A DNA stretch of 64,000 bases from Octopus sinensis (taxonomy: Eukaryota): positions 21,886,001 through 21,950,000 of the forward strand of contig NC_043016.1 of assembly GCF_006345805.1 (NCBI RefSeq), in the 5' to 3' direction. Both the position numbers and the translations under genes were made by a program. How positions within the stretch are numbered: position 1 is the stretch's first letter; each line of letters begins with the position of its first letter. This document shows, one piece after another, positions 32,585-44,827 of this stretch. Under the pieces are notes generated by a model that was given only the letters and a program-made list of their open reading frames with translations, did not search any database and was not told the DNA's origin.

Positions 32585-33440
32585 GTTAGTATGCTTTTTT
32601 TTTCTTTTTTAATTCACAAGCTATTGTCTCTGTTCAAAACACAAATCTATCCTTCTTTATTACTGCTTGCTTAAAAACCAGCACTGTTGCTATTTGGGCC
32701 ACCCCACAAAAAAGGCTATCTAGCATATTAACAAAATAAAACCACGACTGTTACAGGCAATTTCTTCTCTTTGCATCCCCTAATTTTACTACCACTGTTT
32801 CTTCCGTGAATTTTCTTTTTACAGAGTCCAAGTAAAACCCACATTGAGTACTGCTTGATTTTAATTGATGATGCTACTACTACTACTACACACACACACA
32901 CACACGCATATCTTGGACTACACCTAAGGAAGCCATGAAGAAGACTTAGAAAAATGACAACCAGTAGCTCATAGACTGTTTCATTTCTCTGAATAAATGT
33001 GTGCACATGCACACACACGTTTGTGTATTGTCATCTTTACTGCTATCCATCACTTGCTCCTTCTCTCTCAGCAAACATGTAGCTGTTATCACTGCACTTT
33101 TTGCATCATTTTTCATTACTTCCTTTTTAGTACCTTGTCTCTCAAATCAGTCTCTTCCTTAATTACTTTTGTAAGAGAGGATAGATGGAGAAGCTTTTCA
33201 ACTTGTTAGCTCAACATCAACACCAACTTAATTGTGCAGAGCAGATCAGTCATATGATAATCCCCTCATTTTCTATACCAATGTCTATATTGTAGTCTTT
33301 AAGGGGCTAGGATATGATTTGTAAGCTATTTGGTTGTAGTTTTCAGCAGGTTGAGCAATTGTGTGTGTTACAAGGCCTGATGAAAAATCTTGTCTGCCAG
33401 CAAATGAGTTGAGAGAGAGGCAGGCAGACAGGGAGGAGGA

Positions 33441-34432
33441 GGAGCAAGTGGCTTAGTGGTTAGGGGTATTTGGCTCATAATCATAAGGTTGTGAGTTTGA
33501 TTCCAGGTAGCAAATTGTGTCCTTTTCACATTGTTCCAGTCAAAATAAGTAGTACCTGTATTTGAAAGGGCCAGCCTTGTCACATACTGTGTTACACTGA
33601 ATCTCCTTGAGAGCTATGTTTAGGGTACACCAGTGGCAGAGGATGTATAGGCACTGTGGAACTGCAGCACCCTCTATTTCCACTCGATATTATCGATAAC
33701 ATTCAATGTCTTTTTTCTTTAATTCTTTCTTTATACTTGTACATTATATAATCCTTAAGCTTAATGCCAGTAGCCATCCCCTACTTTATGAAAAAAATAT
33801 AAAAATCCTTATATAGAACTGTACACTTCACAGTTCCAGCAGTGCAGTGTTTGGCTATTGTGCGCATGCTCACATGACCAAGATAGGAAGCTACACACTA
33901 GAGAGAGAGAGAGCACTGTCTTTCACACATTGCTGACCCTTGTGTATTAGTGAAAGGTAGTTTTTTTTTTTTTTTTTTTTTTTTACTCCATGTGTGTTGT
34001 ACTTAAAAACATGTTTATATTCTTGAATGTGATAAAGTGTAGAATTAGATTATTATCTTGTTCCCAGCTTCAGTGTTGCTGCCAGGATTTGAAAAATAGG
34101 GCAAATTTCTCCCCCTTATTTTGTGATTTAAAAAGCGAAGAGGAATTCTCAGCAGTGTTCTGTGTGAACAAATTAAACACACTACCTGGCAGTGGCTAAA
34201 ACTTGAACCAATCAAGTTTGTGTAAATCTTTTTATATGTTTGTTTCCTTTTACACAATATTAAAACAGCTAAAAATTTTCTGAAGCAGTACCCTAACTAA
34301 TTTTATCTACAAGCTGCCACTGGGATAAAAGCATGTGTGGAGTGCTCAGCTAACTTGCATGTTCATTTCATGAGCAGGCTGTTCTATTGATCAGATTAAC
34401 TGGAACTTTTGTAATCAATGGAGTACCAATTT
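33441..34432 (+). mobile_element. tRNA-headed SINE (OR1-like) split into 33441-33630 and ~34330-34432
   Basis: A box TGGCTTAGTGGTTAGG and B box GAGTTTGATTCC. The body ends AGGGTACAC and resumes at GTGTGGAGTGCTCAGC after an insertion. Confidence 0.7.
33631..34322. mobile_element. hAT-like MITE (CAGTGGCAG...CTGCCACTG)
   Basis: Perfect 9-bp TIRs exactly at the SINE interruption points. No clear 8-bp TSD. Confidence 0.6.
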
Positions 34433-34439
34433 AAATATA

Positions 34440-36150
34440 TTGTTTAACGTCCACCTTCCTTGCTGGCATGGGTGGGGCGATTTGACTGGAGTTGGCCAGG
34501 AAGAAGCCTGCATCAGACTTCTGTGTCTGTTTTGGCAGGATTGTTACAGCTGGATGCCCTTTCTAACAGCAGCAACCATCCAGCAGGATGGACCGAGTGC
34601 TTTTTACGAGACACAAGCACAGGCAAGGTTTATACTGCTGGATGCCCTTCCAAATGTTAACCACTTTCCACTTTTTAAGTGGCACTTGCACTGACAGGGT
34701 CACCAAGTAACTTACAAGACATAAATCTTTTGATAAGGGAGGGGGCATTGGAGGAGGTGATTTTGTGTCAGTTTATGGACAGTTATAGTGAGACAGAAAG
34801 AGGTGTCTTGCAGCAGAAGCAGTACAAGGTTACTTGGTCGGAGTGAGAGAGAGTGGGAGAGAGAGATCAGGAACAAGGACAGAAACAGATGTGCTGCTGT
34901 AAAGATGCTGCTGCAAAGAAGATGCAACCAGAAGGAAGAGCAAGTGAAGAAGAGAGTTGGAGACAGCAGGATAGAAATGGTAGCAAAGTGCCAGGCATAA
35001 TCACAAGCGACAGGGATCAGAATATAAATGGGATGGTTGAGGAGAGGAAAAGAGATATATAGATGGTGGTAAGTGCCAGGACATACTCTTGAGGTTTGAA
35101 ATTCATAATATAAGTGGCAGGACAGAGTCAAAGAAACATGATTAGAGAGTGGGGAGGGGAATGCATTGAGTGATGGAAACCTGGTTATATAGAGTGGTGG
35201 GGGTTACCAGACAGAAATGATACAGACATGAGGACGGGACTGGGGAGGGAGAGGTAAGCATAGTGTATGAAGGAGGAAATGTAAGGAAGAAAAGAGATGT
35301 AGCTTGGTTTGTTGGGGTAGGGTGTGAAAAGTTTTCTTAATGTCAGTACTTCTAGAACTCAGTTTTGCTGATGTGAGCGTGTCTTCTCAAGAACCTCATA
35401 TCGCCAGACATCTTGGTCCATTGTTATTTCCTCCATGGGGCCCAATATCTGTCCATACCACTTCATCCCATGTCTGCAGCAGGTACCAGCCACTTTCAGT
35501 GATTGGCACTTCTTTATGCAGCTGTCCTCATTCATATGCATCACATGTCCAAACCAACCTAGTCTTCTCTCTTGCATGCTACATTTGACTTCTCTTATGC
35601 CCAACTTTTCTCTCAATACATTTGCTCTTTGTTGTACATGCACATCCAATGAAGCATACTGCTTTCATTTCTCTCCAGCCTATACATGTCCTCTGCATTC
35701 AGAGCCCATGCCTCTCTACAATGGAGTATAGCTGTTTGCACATAAGCATCATACAGCTACTTTTCACTCTGTGCGAATCTTTTTGTTGCCAACAGAGGCA
35801 ATAGCTCTCTAAACTTCCTCCACCCAATTCTTGTTCTAGAAACAATACTTTCAGAGCATCCTCCACCATTGTTAATTTGATCACCTAGGTAACAGAAACT
35901 ATCTACAACCTCAAGCGAGCCTCCTGGGCATTTGAGACAACATAAGTCCTATGTGTTCTTAGTGCTTATTGTTCCTGTACATCTGCTACATACAAAGATG
36001 ACTTTATCTGTTAATCTACCTGTGATTCCACTGCACGTCTTATGCTTCCATAGTTTACACTGGGTGCAGCAAATGGAATTTCTTTCAACTCTTTTCCTAC
36101 ATATTGAGTAGGGCCATTGTTTATAAAGATTATCTCTCTCACTCACCTCT
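34440..36150 (-). mobile_element. Decayed RTE family A LINE 3' portion
   Basis: 3' end TTTAACGTCCACC, C-terminus LREKLGIREVKCSMQERRLGWFGHVMHMNED (35359-35649), and HKTCSGITGRL region (35949-36146). Confidence 0.8.
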
Positions 36151-36427
36151 CTCTCTCTCTTATACTCTCCCTGTCTCTCACATACTCTCTCCCACCATCT
36201 AGTTCATGTGCCATTTGAACTAACAGGTGTGTATGCATGCATATAAATAAGCATTTACATGTGCATGTGACTTACGTTTGCATGCAAGTTAATTTTATTC
36301 TTGTGTGGCAATAAAAAGTGAAGGGGATGTCCAATATTTGCTGTAGTTATTTGTCTCTTTGATTTAACAATGTGTCTATGTATCTATATATCAACTTTTC
36401 TTCCGATCTATGCATCAACTTGTGATG

Positions 36428-36885
36428 TATTGGGTCATCCAATAAATAATGCATTTTTTTATACTTCTTTTATTTTTCAAAATTAAGATAGTTTTTCTTT
36501 AATCTAAAATATACTCTTGTTCATTTTCTACAATGCTCTTCCATCTATCTGGTTGTCTTGCAAAGCCCCTCTTTCAAAATTCTCTTGTCCGTGATGAAAA
36601 ATACTCCTCCAGTACTGTTCTGACCTTGTCTATAGAATTCATAGTTTTTTCGTCCAAATGATTTTGAGGAATGCAGAATAAATGATAATCAGATGGAGCA
36701 ATGTCCGGCAAATATGGTGGGTGGAGCATTGTTTCCCATTCAAACTGCTGCTGCCTTTTGAATGTCATCCTTGCTGTATGTGGCTGAGCATTATCCTAAT
36801 GGAAGAATACCTTTCGTCTTGAAACCAAAGATGGTTGTTTTGCTTCTATTGCTGATTTGAGCGACTGGTTGAATTACCAAATCCA
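36428..36885 (-). mobile_element. mariner transposon 3' fragment
   Basis: TA plus TTGGGTCATCCAATAAATAATGC terminus. Minus frames give FH*DNAQPHTA and WETMLHPPYLPDIAPSDYHLF (mariner YSPDLAPSDYHLF motif). Confidence 0.9.
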
Positions 36886-36911
36886 AGCTTATATATATAT
36901 ATATGTCTATA

Positions 36912-38245
36912 TACAGCCTTGGCCAAAAGTATTATCCCCCCCGCCAATATTTTTGGGGTTCTGCTATCTCAATGTTAATGAAACTCGTGCACATGGTAGA
37001 TTATGGTATATTTCACAATATACATTAGTTTTAATATCTGGTTGACCTTCCTTTAGCATCAATTACCACTTTTATACAGTTGGGCATTGACTCAACTAGC
37101 TTCTTGCAGGTGCTAGGCACAATTTAACTCCATTCTTCTCTCAACTGTTTGTACAAATGCTCTATATTTTTAATTGTTGTGTTCCTGATAGCTTCATCAT
37201 GTGTTCCCCATAGGAGTTTGATCGGATTTAGATTGGGACATTGAGCTAGCCAGTCAATGAGAACAATAATTTGTGCCTCAAGCAGTTGACGAATTTTCAT
37301 TGCTGTATGACATGGAGCGTTGACCTGTTTTCCGACACTCCTGGATGCAATTTAAGAATTGATGGCTCTAAAACATCCGATAACATAGAAACAAAAGTAG
37401 CTGAATTCATCCTTCCCTGACATAGTAACATTTCTCAGGGTCCTGTGGCAGACATGCAGGCTCGCTCCATGATAGAACCACGCCCCTGTTTCATGGTTGG
37501 TACCAGACATTCAGTCTTAAATGCTTCCCCAACACTGCGACACATGAAAGTTGCACCAGATGTACCGAAAACCCTGAGTAAAAACATGAAAAATAATATT
37601 GGTTTTATGTTGGATGTTTTTTATATATTTTGGGCAACAAACCAGTTACATTGAGTTTATATGTTGATTGAATACATGTACTATCTTACTTCATAGTGAC
37701 TTTCATCAGACTATATGACTTTCAACCATTGCTCACTGGTCCAATTTGAGTGGTTTTTGGCCCACTGAAGACGTTTTTCCATATTCGCTTCAGAAATCCA
37801 TGGCTTCTCCCTGGCTTTACAGCCTTTCAGACCATACTCTACAAGCCTTCTCATAATAGTTTTGGTTGATATTTGTGAAGTACTTGCCTTGTTGAAGTCC
37901 ACACAGTTCCAATGATATTTTTCTCCTGTTACTGAGTGACTGATGGATATCAGATCTGTCATCACGAGGTGATGTAACCTTTTTTTTCTTCCTGTTCTTT
38001 GTATTGTCTTCACATATTTTGTCTCTCTGAAGCACTTGTCGTTTGCATCACACATCAAAAACATTTCATCTTTTGGGCAATTTGCCTTTGAGACATTCCA
38101 TCTTCATGATGAACTAGGATTTTACCTCACTCACTCAACTCCCTTGTTTTAGGCATTTTAGTGTTTATTAACTGCATCTACAACATATTTTAGTATAAAA
38201 CTCTGGAATAATCAAGGAAACAAGTTAATTTTGGACATTGGTCTT
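36912..38245 (-). mobile_element. Tc1-like transposon, decayed
   Basis: TA-CAGCCTTGGCCAAAAGTATT TIR. Minus ORF ISTKTIMRRLVEYGLKGCKAREKPWISEANMEKRLQWAKNHSNWT (Tc1 HTH region). The distal TIR is poorly preserved. Confidence 0.85.
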
Positions 38246-38284
38246 ACTCATAATCACTTGCATGTGTACAGTATAAAAGCGGTA

Positions 38285-38311
38285 ATATATATATATATAT
38301 ATACACATACA

Positions 38312-38355
<44 letters not shown>

Positions 38356-38517
38356 TACATGTGTGTGTGTGTGTATATATATATATACACACACATACAT
38401 GTGTGTGTGTGTGTATATATATATATATACACACATACATGTGTGTGTGTGTGTGTATATATATATACACACATACATGTGTGTGTGTGTGTATATATAT
38501 ATATATACACACATACA

Positions 38518-38551
<34 letters not shown>

Positions 38552-38592
38552 CACATACATGTGTGTGTGTGTATATATATATATACACATAC

Positions 38593-38625
<33 letters not shown>

Positions 38626-38660
38626 CACATACGTGTGTGTGTGTATATATATATATATAT

Positions 38661-38694
<34 letters not shown>

Positions 38695-38740
38695 TACATG
38701 TGTGTGTGTGTGTGTGTATATATATGTATATATATACATA
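38285..38740. repeat. Higher-order compound microsatellite: 10 units of (TA)n(CA)nTAC(A)TG(TG)n
   Basis: CATACATGTG/CATACGTG cores recur about every 34-65 bp (near 38306, 38354, 38394, 38434, 38472, 38512, 38554, 38588, 38628, 38693). Confidence 0.9.
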
Positions 38741-38760
38741 TTATTTTTCTTTTATTACAG

Positions 38761-38902
38761 GTTTCTCCTCTCGAGGAGATCACTTCGGAAAAATAAGAGC
38801 CGTTCAGAAGATAGTGTACTTATGGAACAGCATGCCTCCAAAGCTGGTTTCCTCCGAAAACTGGCATATTCTGTTGAAGGAATTGATAAAAGTTTGCATA
38901 TG
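38761..38902 (+). CDS. CRACD-like: Coding exon 3 (FLLSRRSLRKNKSRSEDSV...DKSLHM)
   Basis: TTTTCTTTTATTACAG acceptor, ATG|GTAAGT donor, phase 2 to 0. SRSEDSV resembles the ALSHDSIF motif of DUF4592 proteins. Confidence 0.85.
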
Positions 38903-38936
38903 GTAAGTGACTTTTACTAGAAATCCAAGCCAACAA

Positions 38937-38985
<49 letters not shown>

Positions 38986-39169
38986 TGCATATGTTTGTAT
39001 GTCATAATTCAGTTTTCTTTCAAGATTTCTTGCCAATAGAGAAAGAGCCAGTTTCTAACCTAGATCCAAGGCTCCTTCATTGGAATTTCAACATCAACAA
39101 CGGGGTATTTTTGCAGATTTGTACGTTTTGTTTTATGTATATCTTCTCATCCATATATTTGCATGTCTA

Positions 39170-41400
39170 GACATGATTATGTATACTTAAATGATAAACT
39201 TCTGGAAAGTTTTACAGATTTTTACAGTTCCAGTGATGGATTGGAATTAGCTTTGTAGTCTTTGAATTAGCTTTCTCCTTTCTGGTTTTGAGAAGCCTAA
39301 TTTCTCAAGATTGGTATTTAGGATGTGTGTTACATATCCCAGGCCCCCCAATAACTACAGGTATAAACCTGAACTTGTAATCTGGATAGAGTAACTGCAG
39401 ATTTCTCAATAGTTCAGCATAGGTGTTCTCTTTTTCACTGATCTTCAGCTTTGTTAACATCTGCTGGGCAGCTGATTTCCACAACTGTGCAGAGTTTCTC
39501 TTCTCTATCCCAAATCATTATATATAACATTAAATAATGTTGTACTTACATTTTAATGAGGTATTCACTGAGACATTCCACCAGTAGCCCTTTTTATTAT
39601 GAGTGGCTGTGGCTTCTTTGTCCTTGGGGGTTATCCTTTTGATGGATGTCATTATACAGCGTCCTAGCTTCATTGTATCTCATCATAATACCATGATGAC
39701 ATTTTTAGACAACTGTTTATGATGTGGTTGACATCATTTGTGTTAACTCCACAAGGTCTGCATTGGTTGTCACATTTTACTGCTTTTCCTGCATCTGTCC
39801 CTTTTGTGCATCAAGTATTTGGTTGATATTTCCTGTTCCTGGATTGCAAACACACCCTTCAAAGTGGGACATTGTAGTAGATTGTGCGACTTCTTTGGGC
39901 ATGTATTTAAGGAATGCTGCTCAAGGTGCTGCCTTCCAAGTCTTAAAATGATATCAGCTTCATGTATGCAAACTTGGTTAAGGAAGGCACTTTGACACTT
40001 GGTGGTTAAAAGATGTTGCCAAAGGGATATGATACAACATTCAAAGGTATTTTGGATTGATGTTAAGCCTTTGCCACCTTGTTTTCATTTTAAGTAGAGG
40101 TGGTCTATGCCACTGTTTATGTGGAATTTGTGTGTGCTTGTTAGTAGTTTTATTGAATGCAGAGAGTTCTGAGGTTCAAATTTTCTTTATTTGGTTGTAA
40201 CATCTATTTTAGTGACATCTATTTTGTTAAAGGTGCTATTGCTACATATGTTAACACCCACCCCTAGATATCTACCTGTAACATTTTTTATCAGTTATAG
40301 GGGAAACAGTCAAGTTATTGATGGAGGTGTTGCTAGTCTGGTTTATAATTTTTCCCCATTTCACAACCATATAACATTTATCCCGACCCAATAACCCTAT
40401 ATCCTTTGAGAATGTTGTAACCTGTTCGAGGCTGTTTTTCATCTTGTGCATATTCTTTGCATAAAGTTTCAAGTCATCCACAAAGAAGCAGTGTAATTTT
40501 GGTATTTCTATTTCCTTGTGAACCAGTGAGATATCCTTCAGACTTCCTTAACATGAATGACAAGGAGTTTACAGAAAGTATAAACATCACTGAGAGGCTG
40601 TCTCCTTGGAATATGCCTTTCCAATACTCTGTTCTATCAATGAAAATACAGTGTTTAATTTCATGATGGTGGCCCACGATGAAGTCAGGCCAGTTATGGC
40701 TTTGACTATGCTCACTGGAACTTTAGCAAATTGAAAGGCTTCTAGATCTATGAGTGGGGAACACTCATGGATGAAACCCACATTGAAACTAGGTTCCTCC
40801 TTTGCTCCCTCTGACACCACAGTTCTGTTGATTAAACTATTGCTCTGCACATCCCCAGACTCCCTTTTTCCCAGCTGCTTGTTCTGCTGTGATGATGTTA
40901 CTGGTTTCACAATGGTCTTGGAGGAAGAGGTTTAAGCATGCTGTATATATCTTATACATTAAGTTCTGGCATGCAACTGGCTGGTAGTTTTTTGCCTTGT
41001 GGGTAATTCTGCATTTTGAAGATCAATTTTGTTCTGCCAGAGCTAATCAGTGTGGTAGTCACACTAAGAGCTTGCTGCTACATATTGATAGGATATAGTC
41101 AGTAGAAGGTTTGCTTCTTGTACCAATATCTAACAATCAAGTCTCTTCCAGGTGCTTTTCCATCCTGAAATTTCTGGATCACAGTTACAAGGGTATCACC
41201 ATCAATGTTGTATGTCTTGGGTGTAATGCAGGGGCAGTAACTTCTTTGGATTTCTTCCAGCCACAAAGTATCTTGGTTAAACTCCTCTTCATGCCTGATT
41301 TTCCCCCAGGAGTCTGTCCTCTCATGAAGGAGCTTCTGTATACTGCTGCCTGGTTCTAGTTAAATCCTTTGCCCAGCTAGCCAAAAATTATTGCAATTAT
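39170..41400 (-). mobile_element. R4/Dong-like RLE non-LTR retrotransposon, decayed (RT + RLE + 3' UTR)
   Basis: GIFQGDSLSVMFILSV (40474-40677), MDDLKLYAKN (40272-40481), and YKFRFIPVVIGGLG C-terminus near 39340-39380. Confidence 0.85.
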
Positions 41401-41630
41401 ATTAAATTTCGTTGTTTTATCTCTAATCATTATTGATACATTTGTTGTTTTAAAATTGTTTATTGCAGTCACGTTCGGGCAAGTTATCTGGTCATGGAAG
41501 CCAACAGAGTTTGAATAGTTCTGACAGCTATGAGGGGGTATGTCTCTCACACTCTCTTCTTTACCTTTTTTCTTACTTCCACCAGCTAGACTATTCTCAT
41601 ATACTGTATAATATGAAATACATATATATA

Positions 41631-41829
41631 TAATTAGAAAATAGAGAAAAACCACAGATTAACAAACACATCGATTGGACCACATTTATAGCTTCTTTTT
41701 TAATACACAGATTGACATAACAAAATAGGTGATGCAACATGCTATGCCATGCTCTGTATTAAAAATGAGCTATAAATATGGTCCAGTCGACGTGTTTGTT
41801 AATCTGTGGTTTTCTCCATTTTCTAATTA
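41631..41829. repeat. Palindrome with ~78-bp arms and 41-nt spacer
   Basis: TAATTAGAAAATAGAGAAAAACCACAGATTAACAAACAC... (41631-41710) is the reverse complement of 41752-41829 with about 8 differences. Confidence 0.92.
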
Positions 41830-42012
41830 TTTGCATTGGCTCCTAATAACTCTTGTTTATCCTGTTCTTACCTGTACTTTACATGCATGGTGTGCCTCCA
41901 CACCAATACCCAGGGATAATACAGGTAATGGATACCGATAGTATATTTCGAATATGTTATCCCTTATCAGTTATTATAACCGCTAACTCTGTTTACACTT
42001 GAGATATATATA

Positions 42013-42058
<46 letters not shown>

Positions 42059-42243
42059 TCACACACACACACACACACACACACATGAATTTGTTTTGCA
42101 AGATTCCTGACGTGGAATCATGTGTTGAAACAAATAGTGTTATATTTTAGGACAGCCATTTTTTTTCTTGCCAAATAAACACACACATTATATATTTGTT
42201 CTCCACTCATTTATTACCCTTTTAATCTTATCTTATGTCCATT

Positions 42244-42286
42244 GTCTGGAAATCTTTCATCACACATCTCTGACTTCTTCAGCAAC
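42244..42286 (-). ncRNA. Candidate minimal type I hammerhead (family D), antisense in intron 3
   Basis: Minus strand: GTTG-CTGAAGA-A-GTCA GAGATGTG TGAT-GAAA-GATT-TC-CAGAC. The core is intact, stem III AGAUUU is self-complementary with wobbles, and the triplet is UUC. Confidence 0.5.
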
Positions 42287-42344
42287 TCTTCCATCCCCAT
42301 TTTCCTCCTGTTCTGTTTAGTCCAGTCTGTCTCTCTATGATGAT

Positions 42345-42665
42345 GATCATCATCGTTTAACGTCCGCTTTCCATGCTAGCATGGGTTGGACGGTTCAACT
42401 GGGGTCTGGCAAGCCCGAAGGCTGCACCAGGCCCAGTCAAATCTGGCAGTGTTTCTACAGCTGGATGCCCTTCCTAACGCCAACCACTCCGAGAGTGTAG
42501 TGGGTGATTTTATGTGCCACCGACACAGGTGCCAGACGAGGCTGGCAGACGGCCACGCTCGGATGGTGTTTTCTTATGTGTCACCGACACAGGTGCCAGA
42601 CGAGGCTGGCGAACGGCCACGCTCGGATGGTGTTTGTTACGTGCCCTCAGCACGGAGGCCAGTCT
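42345..42665 (-). mobile_element. Young-looking RTE family A 3' UTR with 64-bp tandem duplication
   Basis: CATCATCGTTTAACGTCCGCTTTCCATGCTAGC 3' end. Many CpGs are retained, and the repeat units start at 42511 and 42575. Confidence 0.85.
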
Positions 42666-43099
42666 ATGATGTGTAATCTTTATCTGCACATGTTTGCATC
42701 TGTGTGTGTATCTGTGTGTGTGTATATGAGTTTGCTTACTGTTTGTATCTGTGCCCTTTATATAGTTTGTAAAAATTTATTTACTTATCTGTTTCTTATA
42801 TTTCATTATAAGTATGAACATGTCTTTTGTATGTGTATGCATGGTTTTATGTATTATACTGTTTGTATTTGTTTTTTTTACTTATGTCTTTAGTCATTAT
42901 GTTGGTGCATGGTGTGGTGGTGGGAGTTATTGTTCCTTTCATGTTTCCGCAATCTGTCTATTACTATGTGTGTTGCCTCCATAATCACAGTGTTGTATCT
43001 GTTCTATGTGTTGATAATATCTTAAATTATATGTTATCAACCAAACCTCTGTTCTAATTGAACGTATTGGTAGAGCATCGACTAGCTTTTCTCCTCCTT

Positions 43100-44225
43100 G
43101 AGCTCCAACCAGTGTTCACCTATCCACCCCCCCTATGCTACATGTAAGGAGTACTGGAACATGACCATAGTTGTTTCTGCCCCACTATATCAATAAAAGG
43201 TAGACCACCTACTATAACCTCAATAGCAAAGAAGACCCTTAGAGAGAGATTGAATGGGTAAACCAGAGCTATACGGACCCCTAAAAACTACAATCAGGTT
43301 AGAAAAATGGTTACACATGTTGTGGGTACGAGTACCAGTGTCACACTTTAGGGCCACATATTCAAGTTTAATAAGATATACACCCAAGGAGAAGGTGCAG
43401 CCATGAGTATTGCTGGCTAACCTATTTATGGTATGATGGGATAGGAGACTCAAAGAGAAATTAGCAGAGAGCTCCATAATACTAACCATTTACTCTCACT
43501 ATGTGGATGATATCAACATAGTGACCAAAGTACCCCCAAAAAGACAGTGTCAATGAACAAGAAGCTAATACTATGGAGAGCATCCAGCAAATAGCTAGCT
43601 CCATCCAATAGAGTATTAAAGTAACAACAGACTAACCTGACTAAAGTAACAGACTAACCTGGTAGCCTAACTATAGGCTACCAATATTAGACATAAAACT
43701 CTGGCTGGAAACTAAGAATAGTAAGATCCTTCATTCCTACTATGCCAAACCCATGGCCTCTAAATGCCTGGTCCACAAGAACGTAGCCATTGCAGGCAAT
43801 GCCAAGTTCAATATCCTAATAGTGGACTTGGTGAAAGTGATGAGGAATGTTTCCTAAGTGTGTGACCCTATAGAATTAGAAAGACATATACAACACTTCA
43901 TCCACAGCATGCAGTTCTCTGGCTACAACAAAAGAAACAGCATTAAAGTGTACAAAGGAGCCAGGGCAAAGTACAAAGCCATCATAGAGAATGGTGCAAA
44001 TGGGATCTGCCTGCTAAACAGGAATAAATCCTGGAACAGCTCGGAAAGGACCAAGAAAAAGATAATGCCAACTCATAGCATGACAACAAAAAATACCATA
44101 GTGTCATGTTTGATGCTACTGCTGGTGGTGAACTAGCATATCTTTTTAGAAAAGCATTAGATGAGGTAAATCTGTAGATTAAAGTAGTAGAAAGGCCAGG
44201 AACTCCCATAAAATCTCTGATCTGT
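43100..44225 (+). mobile_element. Penelope-like element RT remnant
   Basis: Frames give FKFNKIYTQGEGAAM, YSHYVDDINIV, LPILDIKLWL, HSYYAKPMAS, FIHSMQFSGY and KVVERPGTPIKSL, the typical PLE RT/thumb and pre-GIY-YIG linker pattern. Confidence 0.75.
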
Positions 44226-44789
44226 AGATCTTATTCTTTAAATAGTTTATACTTCAGACTAGAAATTTCAATTTTGGAAGTGAGGCAAGTACATGATACT
44301 GCAAAAACTTCAAAAAATTGTATTTGCTGCACTGGGACAATTTCATTTTGCCTAGCTCTGAAGCACATTGTGTTTTTCTGCACAATACATCTTTAAAGGG
44401 ATCTTTTTCAAATGATAAACTGCAGCTCCCGGCATTTAAACAACTTGTGTTAAGTATGTGTTATTAATAATGGTTACATTATTGAACTGTTTTTATTGCA
44501 TAATTTGAGTTTATATAATCATCATTTAATGTCTGTTTTTCATAAATGAATATGTATTTATAGGATATATTACCATCATTATACATCTGCTTTTCCATAC
44601 TAGCAAGGGTGAGATAAAGACTCATTAAAGCAGTATTTTACAGATGGATCCTTCTCTTGTCGCCAACCCTTAGTATTCCACTTCACAATCACAGGGCAAC
44701 AGAATATGTTTACAACAGATGTAAACATATTAACATTTTGTTCAAATGGTGTTATGTAAAGACATACAGAAAGTAAATGCACTTGTGCA

Positions 44790-44827
<38 letters not shown>

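Noticed and set aside
41755-41800. Possible hammerhead relic in the third palindrome
   Set aside because: Neither CUGANGA nor GAAA is recognisable with paired stems.
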